Source of the DNA: Arcobacteraceae bacterium | Lineage (GTDB): Bacteria; Campylobacterota; Campylobacteria; Campylobacterales; Arcobacteraceae | DNA length: 64,000 nucleotides | Direction of reading: 5' to 3' | Assembly (NCBI GenBank): GCA_963662945.1 | Contig: OY759974.1 | Span: 1,152,001-1,216,000 of the forward strand | Part shown: one piece after another, positions 1 through 10,083 of the stretch | Layout of the letters: each line of letters opens with the position of its first letter | How positions within the stretch are numbered: the first letter of the stretch is position 1 | Position numbers and translations under genes: made by a program | Notes under the pieces: model-generated | Databases searched by the model: none | Told to the model about the DNA's origin: nothing | Seen by the model: the letters and a program-made list of their open reading frames with translations, nothing else

Positions 1-2
1 AT

Positions 3-839
3 ACAAGTAACTATACCCATAAAGATGATTTACCGACACCTCCTACCACAAACTTTTTTGAAGATATTGGAGATAGTGCACACTCTACATTTGTACATTT
101 TAAACATTTTTTGTATTTTATTGGAAGAATTTTAGTAATTTTCTTTTACACTCTAAGACATCCATCACTTATTAAAGTCAAAGCGACCATCAATCAAATA
201 GATATAGCAGCTATTTATATACTTCCTATTATTGCTCTTTCACTTTTTTTAGTTGGATTTGTTACTGCTTATCAAGGAGCTGATCAATTAGGGAGGTTTG
301 GTGCTTCTATTATCGTGGTGGAGATGTCTACTATGTCTATGTTTAGAGAGATCGCACCTTTTTTAGCAGCTGTAATTGTAGCAGGGAGAAGTGCTTCATC
401 TTATACTGCACAAATAGGAACTATGAAAATAACAGAAGAGATAAGTGCCATGAAAACTATGGGACTTGATGTGGATAGATTTTTAATCATTCCTAGAATT
501 GTAGCTTTAGTTGTAGTTATGCCTTTAATTGTTTTTTTTGCAGATATGGCTTCAATGGCTGGGGAGATGGTGATAGTAAAATATCATCTTGGTATCCCGT
601 ATACTCAATTTTTAGATAGAATTTATGAGTATGTAGAACTTCGACATATTATGTTAGGGTTATGTAAAGCACCACTTTTTGGTATTCTTATTGCTATTAT
701 TGGTTGCTATAGAGGACTACAGGTGCAAAAAGGTACAGATATAGGAAAATATACTACAAAGTCTGTTGTAGATGCAATCTTTTGGTTAATTATTGTTAAT
801 GCCTTAATTTCATTGTTATCAATAGAATTAGGATTTTAA
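3..839 (+). CDS. mlaE: MlaE/YrbE-family ABC transporter permease, 5'-truncated by window edge
   Basis: Frame is open from position 3; motifs RE(I)AP, AGR-SASSYTAQIGTMKITEEISAM; followed by ATPase and MCE genes. Confidence 0.9.
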   Translation, partial: TSNYTHKDDLPTPPTTNFFEDIGDSAHSTFVHFKHFLYFIGRILVIFFYTLRHPSLIKVKATINQIDIAAIYILPIIALSLFLVGFVTAYQGADQLGRFGASIIVVEMSTMSMFREIAPFLAAVIVAGRSASSYTAQIGTMKITEEISAMKTMGLDVDRFLIIPRIVALVVVMPLIVFFADMASMAGEMVIVKYHLGIPYTQFLDRIYEYVELRHIMLGLCKAPLFGILIAIIGCYRGLQVQKGTDIGKYTTKSVVDAIFWLIIVNALISLLSIELGF

Positions 840-840
840 G

Positions 841-1575
841 ATGATAAAAGTTGAAAATCTCTCTACCTCTTTTTATGGGAAATTTGTACATAAAAACATC
901 TCTTTAGATATTCATGAAGGGGAAATATTTGGACTTTTAGGTGGTAGTGGTAGTGGAAAAACTACTCTTTTAAGACAAATGATTATGTTAGATGAGATAC
1001 AAAAAGGTTCCATAGAAATACTTGGACATAAACTCACTAAACTTAAGCCAATACATAGAAATTATATAAAAAGAAATTGGGGAGTTTTATTTCAATTTGG
1101 AGCACTATTTTCCTCTTTGAATGTTCTTGAAAATATTGGAATAATGTTAAAAGAAAATACAAAACTTCCACAAGATATTATCAATGATATTGCCTATACA
1201 AAACTTAAAATGGTAGGACTTGATACAGATGTAGGAAAACTATATCCAGAAGAACTGAGTGGCGGTATGAAAAAAAGAGTTGCCATAGCTCGAAGTTTAG
1301 CACTTGATCCAAAAATCCTTTTTCTTGATGAACCAACCTCAGGACTTGACCCATATAGTGCAAAAGCATTTGACCAACTTATTTTAGAACTTCGTGATAT
1401 GTTAGACTTAACAGTTGTTATTATTACTCATGAACTTGACACTATTCAGAATGTACTTGATAGATTTACTATCATTAGTGAAGCAAATCTTATTTTTACA
1501 GGTACCTATGACGAGGCATTAAAAGAAAATAATGGTACAATAAATAAATTTTTGAACCAAAACAAAAAAGGGTAA
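841..1575 (+). CDS. mlaF: MlaF-family ABC transporter ATP-binding protein
   Basis: Walker A GGSGSGKT, signature LSGGMKKR, Walker B LFLDEPT. Confidence 0.92.
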   Translation: MIKVENLSTSFYGKFVHKNISLDIHEGEIFGLLGGSGSGKTTLLRQMIMLDEIQKGSIEILGHKLTKLKPIHRNYIKRNWGVLFQFGALFSSLNVLENIGIMLKENTKLPQDIINDIAYTKLKMVGLDTDVGKLYPEELSGGMKKRVAIARSLALDPKILFLDEPTSGLDPYSAKAFDQLILELRDMLDLTVVIITHELDTIQNVLDRFTIISEANLIFTGTYDEALKENNGTINKFLNQNKKG

Positions 1576-1579
1576 TATT

Positions 1580-2470
1580 TTGGAAAATAAAGCTAGATAC
1601 ACTTTAGTTGGTCTATTTATAATTGTTTTTTTACTATCACTTGTTGCTTTTATACTATGGCAAACAAAATATAACTTTAAAGATTCACAATCTTATGAAT
1701 ATAGACTTTACACACAAAACTCTGTTGCTGGACTTAACAAAAACTCTTTTGTAGAGTACAAAGGTTTAAGTATAGGTATCGTAAAAGATATTAGAATCAA
1801 TCCAAAGAATCTTCAACAAATAGAGATTATTTTAAAAATTGACAATCCTTCAATGATAAAAGAGAACAGTTTTGCCACAATCCAATCACAAGGTATTACG
1901 GGTAATAAAAATATAGAGATTGGTGGTGGTACACAAGAAGCAAAAGATTTACTACCAAAAGAAAATAGCTTTGAAATACTCCATTTAGAACAGTCTTTTT
2001 TTGATAATCTGACTGCAAGTGCACAAGATATTACACAAAATATCAATCTTACACTTTATCAAATAAATAAACTACTCAAAGATTCAAATATACAACATAT
2101 AGATGGTTTATTAAAAAGTTTAGAAAATAATTCAAATCAATTTAATACAACAATAGAAAAACTCAATACACTCTTGGAAACAAATGCTCCAAATACTTTA
2201 GCTGGTATAGATACACTCACAAAAGAATGGAGTTCTCTCTCAATAGACCTTAAAGAACTTATAAAAAATGATATAACAAAACTTATCACAAAAGCTAATA
2301 ACACTTTAGATAGTACTGCTAACTTAGAAGATATATTTTTAAATATAGAAAATACTATTGAAAAAGTTGATACAACATTAGATAATCTCAATGAAAATGG
2401 TGGAGACATAATTTTTAAAACAAGAGATATCAAATATGGTCCACAGGAGAGACAAAATGAAAATCAATAA
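1580..2470 (+). CDS. mlaD: MCE/MlaD-family protein with helical C-terminal extension
   Basis: N-terminal TM, SVAGL..NSFVEYKGL.IG.V motif, QGITG, coiled-coil tail; TTG start. Confidence 0.88.
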   Translation: MENKARYTLVGLFIIVFLLSLVAFILWQTKYNFKDSQSYEYRLYTQNSVAGLNKNSFVEYKGLSIGIVKDIRINPKNLQQIEIILKIDNPSMIKENSFATIQSQGITGNKNIEIGGGTQEAKDLLPKENSFEILHLEQSFFDNLTASAQDITQNINLTLYQINKLLKDSNIQHIDGLLKSLENNSNQFNTTIEKLNTLLETNAPNTLAGIDTLTKEWSSLSIDLKELIKNDITKLITKANNTLDSTANLEDIFLNIENTIEKVDTTLDNLNENGGDIIFKTRDIKYGPQERQNENQ

Positions 2471-3053
2471 TCTTATAATTACTATTATACTATTATCATT
2501 TAGTGGTTGTATCAGTATTACTAAAGAAGTTCCTGCATCTTCTACTTATACATTAAATGTACATAATAGTATCAAAAAGAATGAAATAAATTCAGATATA
2601 AAAATAGAAATCAAAGAACCAAAAGCATTAAGTAGTATCAACTCTAAATATATTTCCTACTCAACAAAAGATTATATTAGTGAAAACTATGCTTTGAATA
2701 AATGGAGTGACTCTCCTACAAAAATGATTCAAAATCAAGCTATTAAATACCTCTCAAGTACAAATCACTATTCTTTTGTTAATAGTTCAAATATTAATGT
2801 ACGAAGTGATTATCAACTTTTAAGTGAAATTGATAGTTTTCACCAATACTTTAAAAATAATAAAGGATTTGTAGAGTTCTCTATAAGAGTATATTTAAAA
2901 AATAGAAAAGACACCTTTTATAATAACTTTACATACACTCAACCTTGTGAGGAAAACAATGCAATCGGTGCAGTAAAAGCTTTAAATGTAGTTGTTAATA
3001 GTTTTGTACAAGATTTGGATAAATGGATCTTAGATAGTATCAATAAAAAATAA
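2457..3053 (+). CDS. ABC-type transport auxiliary lipoprotein (PqiC-like)
   Basis: Lipobox FSGC, Y...W.DSP motif, operon context; ATG at 2457 follows AGGAGA. Confidence 0.8.
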   Translation: MKINNLIITIILLSFSGCISITKEVPASSTYTLNVHNSIKKNEINSDIKIEIKEPKALSSINSKYISYSTKDYISENYALNKWSDSPTKMIQNQAIKYLSSTNHYSFVNSSNINVRSDYQLLSEIDSFHQYFKNNKGFVEFSIRVYLKNRKDTFYNNFTYTQPCEENNAIGAVKALNVVVNSFVQDLDKWILDSINKK

Positions 3054-3070
3054 TAAATAAGGAGTAGTAA

Positions 3071-3391
3071 ATGACAAGTAGTATTTTACTTGAGTTTAGT
3101 ATGTTCCCAACAGATGTAGGGGAGAGTAAAAGTGAATATGTTGCTGCTGTGGTAAAATGTGTACGAGAAAGTGGTTATGACTATCAACTAACCCCTATGG
3201 CTACTATAGTTGAATTTCCAAGTATGTCTGAAGCATTAAATCTTGTAAAAGAGTGTTATGAAGTTTTAGAAGCTAAAAAATGTAAAAGAATATATTCTGT
3301 ACTCAAATTTGATATAAGAGCAAACTCAAAAGACAGAATGACATCAAAAATAAAATCAGTAGAAGATAAAATTGGGGAAGTTAATAAATAA
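3071..3391 (+). CDS. MTH1187/YkoF-family thiamine-binding protein
   Basis: FSMFP..GES.SEYVA, SG..YQLTPMAT, K.DIR motifs; AAGGAG RBS. Confidence 0.85.
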   Translation: MTSSILLEFSMFPTDVGESKSEYVAAVVKCVRESGYDYQLTPMATIVEFPSMSEALNLVKECYEVLEAKKCKRIYSVLKFDIRANSKDRMTSKIKSVEDKIGEVNK

Positions 3392-3392
3392 A

Positions 3393-3419
3393 AAAAGCTC
3401 CTAATTTTTAGGAGCTTTT
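3393..3419. terminator. Bidirectional intrinsic terminator
   Basis: AAAAGCTCCTAA / TTAGGAGCTTTT inverted repeat between convergent genes. Confidence 0.8.
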
Positions 3420-3468
3420 GATAGAAGTTTCGAGTTTATACTTTAATACTAAAATAAAAGATTAAAAC

Positions 3469-3510
3469 TCTTGCATTCGACTAGAGTCTATACTCTAGTA
3501 CTCAGCAAGA
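3469..3510 (-). terminator. Hairpin just downstream of porB
   Basis: ACTAGAGT-CTAT-ACTCTAGT core flanked by TCTTGC/GCAAGA. Confidence 0.5.
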
Positions 3511-3512
3511 AT

Positions 3513-4490
3513 CTATACTCTTGCTTCCTCTCTTCTTTGTAGATACTCCCATTGTGCATCTACTCTTTTTTGCCATTCATCAATTAAATATTCATACTCT
3601 GGTTTAAATAAGTGTTTAAATCTTGGTTGTACCCCTAAGTAATCTCTTACTGGTACAATATTTTTTGGTCTGTAAGTGATATTTAATTCTTTACCATCAA
3701 TAATCTCATATAATGGGAATACTAATGAATCAGTAGCCATATCAGAAACTTCAATTGTTTGGTGAATTGGGAATTTCCACTCTGTTGTACAAGCAGACAT
3801 TGCATTAATATATACAGGTCCATTTGCATCAAATCCTTTTTGGATTTTTTTCACCATATCTTTCCATTTATTTGGAGCAACTTGTGCAACATAAGGAGCA
3901 CCATGTGCTGCCATAATCGCCATCATATCTTTTTTATTTTGCTTTTCACCATAAGAATGACTTCCTGCTGGTGTAGTTGTAGCACTTGCACCAATAGGAG
4001 TAGAAGAACTTCTTTGTCCTCCTGTGTTTGCATAAACTTCATTATCTAAACAAACATACATCATATTATGACCTCTTTCAAAACATCCAGAAATCCATTG
4101 GAAACCGATATCATAAGTAGCACCATCTCCACCAAAAGCAATAAATTTAGGCTCTGGTGTATTTGGATCAATTCTACCTTTTCTTCTTAATGCCATATTA
4201 GCTCTTTCAGCTCCTGCAATTGCAGTTGAAGAGTTTTCAAATCCAATATGAATCCATGAACAATCCCATGAAGTATGAGGATAAATAGCTGTACAAACTT
4301 CAAGACAACCTGTTGAAGCACCAACTACTAAGTTGTCATTTGTTGCATTTAGAATCTCTCTTACAATAATTGAGTGAGCACATCCTGGACATAGAACATG
4401 AGCACCCTCAAATCTTTCTGCTGCTGTCGAGAAAGATTTTAAGTTTTTAATCTCTTTATTTCCCTGTGGTTTACCTAATAAAGTACTCAT
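3513..4490 (-). CDS. porB: Pyruvate:ferredoxin/flavodoxin oxidoreductase beta subunit
   Basis: CPGC, TGCLEV, TPP motif GGDG...DNEVYANTGGQ. Confidence 0.95.
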   Translation of the reverse strand: MSTLLGKPQGNKEIKNLKSFSTAAERFEGAHVLCPGCAHSIIVREILNATNDNLVVGASTGCLEVCTAIYPHTSWDCSWIHIGFENSSTAIAGAERANMALRRKGRIDPNTPEPKFIAFGGDGATYDIGFQWISGCFERGHNMMYVCLDNEVYANTGGQRSSSTPIGASATTTPAGSHSYGEKQNKKDMMAIMAAHGAPYVAQVAPNKWKDMVKKIQKGFDANGPVYINAMSACTTEWKFPIHQTIEVSDMATDSLVFPLYEIIDGKELNITYRPKNIVPVRDYLGVQPRFKHLFKPEYEYLIDEWQKRVDAQWEYLQRREEARV

Positions 4491-4493
4491 TTT

Positions 4494-5732
4494 TTATCCT
4501 TCTACACTATAATATTTTAATTCTGGTCCTCTTACACCAATCCATTTTTGGATTGCACCATCTAATTTACCAGCATTTATTTCTGCTTGAGCATCTCTAT
4601 AAATTGTACTTAAATGTCCAATATTAATATCTCTACCACCTAGTCCATATATTTTATTACTTAATAATGGTCTATAAGAAGTATTGAATAATGCTGCTGC
4701 AACATCATTATAAAGTAATCCTGTTTGACCACCTGGAGCACTTCTATCCATACAAACTACTGCTTTAGCACCTTTTAATACTTCTACTAACTTATCCATT
4801 TGAGTTGGTCTGAAAACTCTTGGCATTACTACACCAGCTTTTATACCCTCTTCTCTCATTTTATCAGCTGCAACTTGAGCTGTTTGGTAAGTTGTACCCA
4901 TACAAACAATAATAACATCTGCATCATCAGCTTTATATGACTCAACCATATTGTATTTTCTACCACTGATTTTTGCATATTCTTCAAATACTTCTTCAAT
5001 AACAGTTACTGAGTCCATCATAGCTTTATTTTGTTTTGCTTTATGTTCAAAATGCCAATCAGACTCTGTTTGTACACCATGAGTTACTGGTTTATCAAAG
5101 TTTAACATTGAGTTAACTTCTTTGTAATCACCAACAAAATCATAAGCAACTTTATCTGAAAGTGGTCTCACGTTTTGTGCTTTATGAGATGTTAAAAATC
5201 CATCTTGATTTACAATAACTGGAAGTCTTACATCTAAATGTTCACCTATTCTAAACGCACATAAAACTAAATCATAAGACTCTTCTGGTGTACATGCATC
5301 AATTGATATCCATCCTGATTGATTTGCAAGATACATATCTGAATGGTCACCATTTACATTTAAAGGAGCTGCTAATGCTCTATTAATCATACATAAAACA
5401 ATTGGTAATCTCATACCAGATGCTTGATATAAAGTCTCAACCATAAGTGCAAGACCTTGAGAAGAAGTTGCTGTTGCTGCTCTAGCACCTGCAGCAGCTG
5501 CCCCAATACATCCAGACATCGCTGCATGTTCAGATTCAGTCATAATCATCTCACCATCTACATAACCGTTTGCATTATGTGATGCATACGCTTCAACAGT
5601 ACCAGTTGATGGTGTAATAGGATATGCAGAAACAACATCAACACTTGCTTGTCTTAAAGCATGTGAGTTTGCAACATTTCCATCCCAAACTTCAACTTCA
5701 TTTAATTCCATAGTTCTTTTATTTCTATACAT
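4494..5732 (-). CDS. porA: Pyruvate:ferredoxin oxidoreductase alpha subunit
   Basis: YPITP, ESEH, TATSSQGL motifs; ATG at 5732 follows AAGGTG. Confidence 0.95.
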   Translation of the reverse strand: MYRNKRTMELNEVEVWDGNVANSHALRQASVDVVSAYPITPSTGTVEAYASHNANGYVDGEMIMTESEHAAMSGCIGAAAAGARAATATSSQGLALMVETLYQASGMRLPIVLCMINRALAAPLNVNGDHSDMYLANQSGWISIDACTPEESYDLVLCAFRIGEHLDVRLPVIVNQDGFLTSHKAQNVRPLSDKVAYDFVGDYKEVNSMLNFDKPVTHGVQTESDWHFEHKAKQNKAMMDSVTVIEEVFEEYAKISGRKYNMVESYKADDADVIIVCMGTTYQTAQVAADKMREEGIKAGVVMPRVFRPTQMDKLVEVLKGAKAVVCMDRSAPGGQTGLLYNDVAAALFNTSYRPLLSNKIYGLGGRDINIGHLSTIYRDAQAEINAGKLDGAIQKWIGVRGPELKYYSVEG

Positions 5733-5736
5733 ATTA

Positions 5737-6198
5737 TTATTCACCTTTCTTTGTCTTCTCTGGCCATTGTGTCAGAGCATCTTCATTTTTTGTATTTTCA
5801 TCAAACATTACTAAAGATTTTGGATTTGTAGGACAAACTTCAGAACAGATTCCACACCCTTTACAGTGATCATAATCAATTCCAACCATCTCTTTATCTC
5901 TTGAAATAATAGAAGAATCTGGACAATATAACCAACAATTTTGACAGTCTATACATAGGTCAACATTCCATACAGGTTTTGCAACTCTCCAATCTCCAAC
6001 ATATTTATTGATTGAATTTGTTTCTGCATTATTTCTATCTTCTGGATGAACATTAACAACCGTATGGTCTATTTCACCTTCAAAAGAAAAACAGGCAGCG
6101 CCTGGAACTAGTTCATCCCATCCCATATCCCAAATTGAATTTTCAAAATGTTCTTTACTTTTATATAAATTATTTACTAAGTCTTTATGTTGTGCCAT
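5737..6198 (-). CDS. porD: POR delta subunit (2x[4Fe-4S])
   Basis: GDWR..KP, CIDCQNCWLYCP and CKGCGICSEVCP. Confidence 0.93.
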   Translation of the reverse strand: MAQHKDLVNNLYKSKEHFENSIWDMGWDELVPGAACFSFEGEIDHTVVNVHPEDRNNAETNSINKYVGDWRVAKPVWNVDLCIDCQNCWLYCPDSSIISRDKEMVGIDYDHCKGCGICSEVCPTNPKSLVMFDENTKNEDALTQWPEKTKKGE

Positions 6199-6207
6199 TA
6201 CTTACTC

Positions 6208-6771
6208 CTATTTCACTTCATCATATGCACGCTGAATAGCTAACATATTTGCATCAATAATTTTTTCAGGAAGTTTTCCAAGCACTTTTTTCATTGAACC
6301 TTTAAACTCTTCAATAGGGAACATTCCACTTATTTTCATAAATGCACCAAGTACTGGTGTATTTGGTATTGGTCTACCTATGGTTTCTTGTGCTATTTTT
6401 AAACAGTCCACTGTGTAAACATTTTTTTCTTTACCATGTAATGCAGGAATTAATGATATCAATTCACTTTTTTCAAGGTGTGTTGTAATGATATACTTAG
6501 TATTTTCATCACAATCTTCTGTTATATTATCTGAGAAAGCTAATCCTGGATCAATAACGAAAACAAAGTTTGGACACATATATCTTTCATGATTTAAAAG
6601 TAAATTATCATCAACTCTATTATAAGCTGTCATAGCAGCACCTCTTTTTGCAGAACCATAAAATGAAAATGCTTGCACTTGCTTACCTGTCGCAGCTAAT
6701 ACAGAAGCTAATCCTTTAGCTCCTGTAACCGCTCCTTGTCCAGCACGACTGTGCCATCTAATCTCTAGCAT
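6208..6771 (-). CDS. porC: POR gamma subunit
   Basis: MLEIRWHSRAGQGAVT, YGSAKRG, GRPIPNT motifs. Confidence 0.93.
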   Translation of the reverse strand: MLEIRWHSRAGQGAVTGAKGLASVLAATGKQVQAFSFYGSAKRGAAMTAYNRVDDNLLLNHERYMCPNFVFVIDPGLAFSDNITEDCDENTKYIITTHLEKSELISLIPALHGKEKNVYTVDCLKIAQETIGRPIPNTPVLGAFMKISGMFPIEEFKGSMKKVLGKLPEKIIDANMLAIQRAYDEVK

Positions 6772-6854
6772 TTTAACTCCTATACTTTTGTTTATTTTAT
6801 AATATTCACTAAACTATAATTTCTTAGCCCAATTTTATGAAATTACAACTTACA

Positions 6855-7517
6855 TTATGCTTTAGAAATAGTGCTTTTAATTAATTTTACCGCTTCTAAA
6901 GAATTAGTCACCACATGTGGTGTGTAGCAACATAATTCTTTCTTATATCCATATCCACACAAAACCCCACAACTACTTATATTAGCTCTATTTGCTGCTA
7001 TTAAATCTAATTTTGTATCTCCTATCATAAAAACTTCTCTGGAGGGTACTATATTCATATTTTTTAATGCAACTTGTATTGGCTCAGGATCAGGTTTTGG
7101 ATTTTTCACCTCTTGTCTTCCAATAATTGTTTCAAAATATTCAAAAATTCCTAGATTTTTTAGCAATGGGATGCTATATTGTGTGGTTTTAGTAGTAACC
7201 ACACCTAACCTTGCAAAAGTAAAAGCTTCTTGAACAGACTCTTTAGCAAATTCAAGTAAAATAGTTTTCTCTTCAGAAATTTTTTGGTAATTTTCTTTAT
7301 AACTATTAACAAAGTCTATTACCCTATGTTCTTCTACACCAAGGTTTGAAAACATTATATCAAGAGGATATCCTATATGACTTTTTATCTCTTCATCATC
7401 TCCGTTAAATTCAAATTTTTGTTTTTTAAAAGCATAATGAAATGATTCTAAAATTGCTTCTGTACTATCTATTAGGGTACCATCTAGATCAAACAAGATT
7501 GTTATATTTTTATTCAC
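6855..7517 (-). CDS. HAD-IA family hydrolase (phosphoglycolate phosphatase-like)
   Basis: FDLDGTLIDS, KPDPEP, MIGD motifs. Confidence 0.88.
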   Translation of the reverse strand: MNKNITILFDLDGTLIDSTEAILESFHYAFKKQKFEFNGDDEEIKSHIGYPLDIMFSNLGVEEHRVIDFVNSYKENYQKISEEKTILLEFAKESVQEAFTFARLGVVTTKTTQYSIPLLKNLGIFEYFETIIGRQEVKNPKPDPEPIQVALKNMNIVPSREVFMIGDTKLDLIAANRANISSCGVLCGYGYKKELCCYTPHVVTNSLEAVKLIKSTISKA

Positions 7518-9012
7518 TTTTTATCCACTCCTCTTGATTATGCATTATCCCTACTAATGCAGGTTTAACATTTTTTATATTCTTACTTACACTTGTAATA
7601 CTATTTGGTACAAACAAAAAAAGATAAGGTAAATCATCACTTATGTATTTATATATTTTTTTATAAATTTTACTAAATTCTTTTTTATCTATAGTAACTT
7701 CTGCCTCTTCTATTAATTTATCAACTTCACTGTTTTTATATCCAACAAAATTAAAACCACCCTTCTTATCACTTGAACTATGCCAAATTGACCTCGCATC
7801 TGGTGTTAAAGATAAATTCCATGCCAAAATAACTGCTTCAAATTTACTTGGACGTACAACTGTATTTAAAAAAGCTTGCCACTCCATCACTCGTATTTTC
7901 ATTTCAACACCAATTTGTTTTAATTGATGTTGCATAATTTGAGCTATATTTACACCTGTTGAACTACCAGTACTAGTTATAACTGTAAATGAAAAAGGAT
8001 TTTCTTTTGAGTAACCAGCTTTTTTTAAAAGCTCTTTTGCTTTTTCTTGATTTTGAATTGTTGGTTGTATATTTTCATTAAAAGCAATACTTCCTTTTAA
8101 AAATGGTCCTGTACAAATTGAAGCATGACCAAAATATAAAATATCAATCATTTGTTGTCTATCTATAGCCATACTCAGTGCTTCTCGTACCCTAATATCT
8201 TGAAATTTTTTATCTTTTAAATTTAAACCAACATATGAATACCCAAAACTTTGCTTCTCATAAATATTAAACTCGTTTTTAAATTTATCACCTATTTGTC
8301 TATCTACTTGAATTGGTGTTAAGCCACCTACATCTAACTCTTTTTGCTTTAACAAATAAAAAGAAGTTGTAGGATCAGGAACAAATTTATAAAGAATTTT
8401 CTCTATTTTCGGGACTTTTCCAAAATAATTTTTGTTCACATCCAATACTATATCTTGTGATAATTTCAACTCATTTAAAGTATAAGGCCCTGTTCCAATT
8501 GGTCTTTTATTAAATGATGCAGTCATAATATTTTCTTCATCTTTTAAAATATGGTAAGGTAATATACCCATCATCCAAATCTCCAATGCTTTAAAATAAG
8601 CTTCTTTATACTGAATTTTTAGAGTATATTTATCTAGTATTTCTACTGATTTTACTTTGGCATAGTTTGAAGTGTATGGTGAAAATATTTTTGGATTTAT
8701 TATTGTATTGTAAGTAAAAAGTACATCTTGTGATGTCAATTCTTTTCCATCATGCCATAAAACTTTTTGTTTTAATGTGACTATCAAAGTAGTTTTATTT
8801 TCAAAATGATAAGCTTCTGCTAAATCTTCAATAATATTCCCATCTTTATCATATTTAAATAATCCATTAAAAATCCAATCTGCTATTTCAGCACTTGGTG
8901 CATCCGTTGCTAATATAGGGTTTATTCTACTTGGATTTGATGAGAGACTTAAATTTAAAGTTGAAGCAAATAAAAATGTATTAATTAAAAGTATGTATAT
9001 TAGATTTTTCAT
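7510..9012 (-). CDS. Peptide ABC transporter substrate-binding protein (family 5)
   Basis: Signal peptide, WHDG...T..DV.FT, PIGTGPY, D.RVR.AL..AIDR. Confidence 0.9.
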   Translation of the reverse strand: MKNLIYILLINTFLFASTLNLSLSSNPSRINPILATDAPSAEIADWIFNGLFKYDKDGNIIEDLAEAYHFENKTTLIVTLKQKVLWHDGKELTSQDVLFTYNTIINPKIFSPYTSNYAKVKSVEILDKYTLKIQYKEAYFKALEIWMMGILPYHILKDEENIMTASFNKRPIGTGPYTLNELKLSQDIVLDVNKNYFGKVPKIEKILYKFVPDPTTSFYLLKQKELDVGGLTPIQVDRQIGDKFKNEFNIYEKQSFGYSYVGLNLKDKKFQDIRVREALSMAIDRQQMIDILYFGHASICTGPFLKGSIAFNENIQPTIQNQEKAKELLKKAGYSKENPFSFTVITSTGSSTGVNIAQIMQHQLKQIGVEMKIRVMEWQAFLNTVVRPSKFEAVILAWNLSLTPDARSIWHSSSDKKGGFNFVGYKNSEVDKLIEEAEVTIDKKEFSKIYKKIYKYISDDLPYLFLFVPNSITSVSKNIKNVKPALVGIMHNQEEWIKSE

Positions 9013-9029
9013 AATGAATTGTACATAAA

Positions 9030-9060
9030 AAAAGCCAAAAAGAAAACCTTTTTGGCTTTT
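9030..9060 (-). terminator. Intrinsic terminator after rpsI
   Basis: AAAAGCCAAAAAG / CTTTTTGGCTTTT inverted repeat with T-tail on minus strand. Confidence 0.75.
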
Positions 9061-9081
9061 GATAAAATGATAAAGTACCGA

Positions 9082-9471
9082 TTATCTTTTTGAGAACTGA
9101 GGACTTCTTCTCGCTTTTCTTTTCCCTGGCTTTTTTCTTTCAACAGATCTTGAATCTCTTGTAAGTAAACCATGTGGTTTAAGAATTGTTCTGAATTGCT
9201 CATCATAAGCAACTAATGCTCTTGAAATTCCGTGTCTTAAAGCATCAGCTTGTGCAGAGTAACCACCACCTAAAGTTTTTGCTACTATGTTTACTGATTC
9301 TAATTGTTTAGATACTTCTAGTGGTTGTCTAACTCTTTTTTTAAGAGCTTCATGTCCACCTAACCAAACATTTAAAGCTACACCATTTACAGTGATCTCA
9401 CCTTTTCCAACTTCTAACCAAACTTTAGCTATAGCTGTTTTTCTTCTTCCTGTTGCGTATACTTTTGCCAT
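9082..9471 (-). CDS. rpsI: 30S ribosomal protein S9
   Basis: [15 protein letters not shown]-terminal PQFSKR. Confidence 0.98.
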   Translation of the reverse strand: MAKVYATGRRKTAIAKVWLEVGKGEITVNGVALNVWLGGHEALKKRVRQPLEVSKQLESVNIVAKTLGGGYSAQADALRHGISRALVAYDEQFRTILKPHGLLTRDSRSVERKKPGKRKARRSPQFSKR

Positions 9472-9476
9472 CTATA

Positions 9477-9899
9477 TTATCCTTGTACCTGTGCTGTATG
9501 AGGGTGTTCTGCACCTTCATAAACTTTTAAGTTTTTAAGTATTTTTGCACCTAATTTTGTTTTTGGTAACATACCTCTAGTTGCTAGTCTAAATAGTTTT
9601 TCAGGGTTGTTTTCAATCATTTCAGACATTTTATGAGTTTTTGTACTACCAAAATATCCTGAGTGTGTAAAATAGTTTTTTGATTCTAGTTTTGTACCTG
9701 TAAATTTAACTTTACCAGCGTTGATAACTATAACGTTGTCTCCACAATCTACATTTGGAGTAAAAGATGGTTTATTCTTTCCTCTTAATATTGTTGCTAT
9801 TTCTGTAACTAATCTTCCAAAAACTTTATCAGTAGCATCAAGTACTACCCAGTTTTTTTGAACATCAGCTTTATTTATACTTTGTGTAAATTTTTTCAC
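9477..9899 (-). CDS. rplM: 50S ribosomal protein L13
   Basis: LRGKNKP.FTP.VDCGD, GMLPK, HPH.AQ; GTG start. Confidence 0.98.
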   Translation of the reverse strand: MKKFTQSINKADVQKNWVVLDATDKVFGRLVTEIATILRGKNKPSFTPNVDCGDNVIVINAGKVKFTGTKLESKNYFTHSGYFGSTKTHKMSEMIENNPEKLFRLATRGMLPKTKLGAKILKNLKVYEGAEHPHTAQVQG

Positions 9900-10083
9900 G
9901 AAATATTCCTTTCTTCAAATAAGTTCGCAATAATAGGGAAACAAAACTTACAAGAAGCTTAAAATAAGGTTTTTATAAGGTTTATTTTTGAAATTCTTTT
10001 TTTAACTCTACTCTCTCTTTTAGTTACTATTGATTATAATATATTTTATACTAAAACCTATATAAAGATAAAGAGTAATTAAA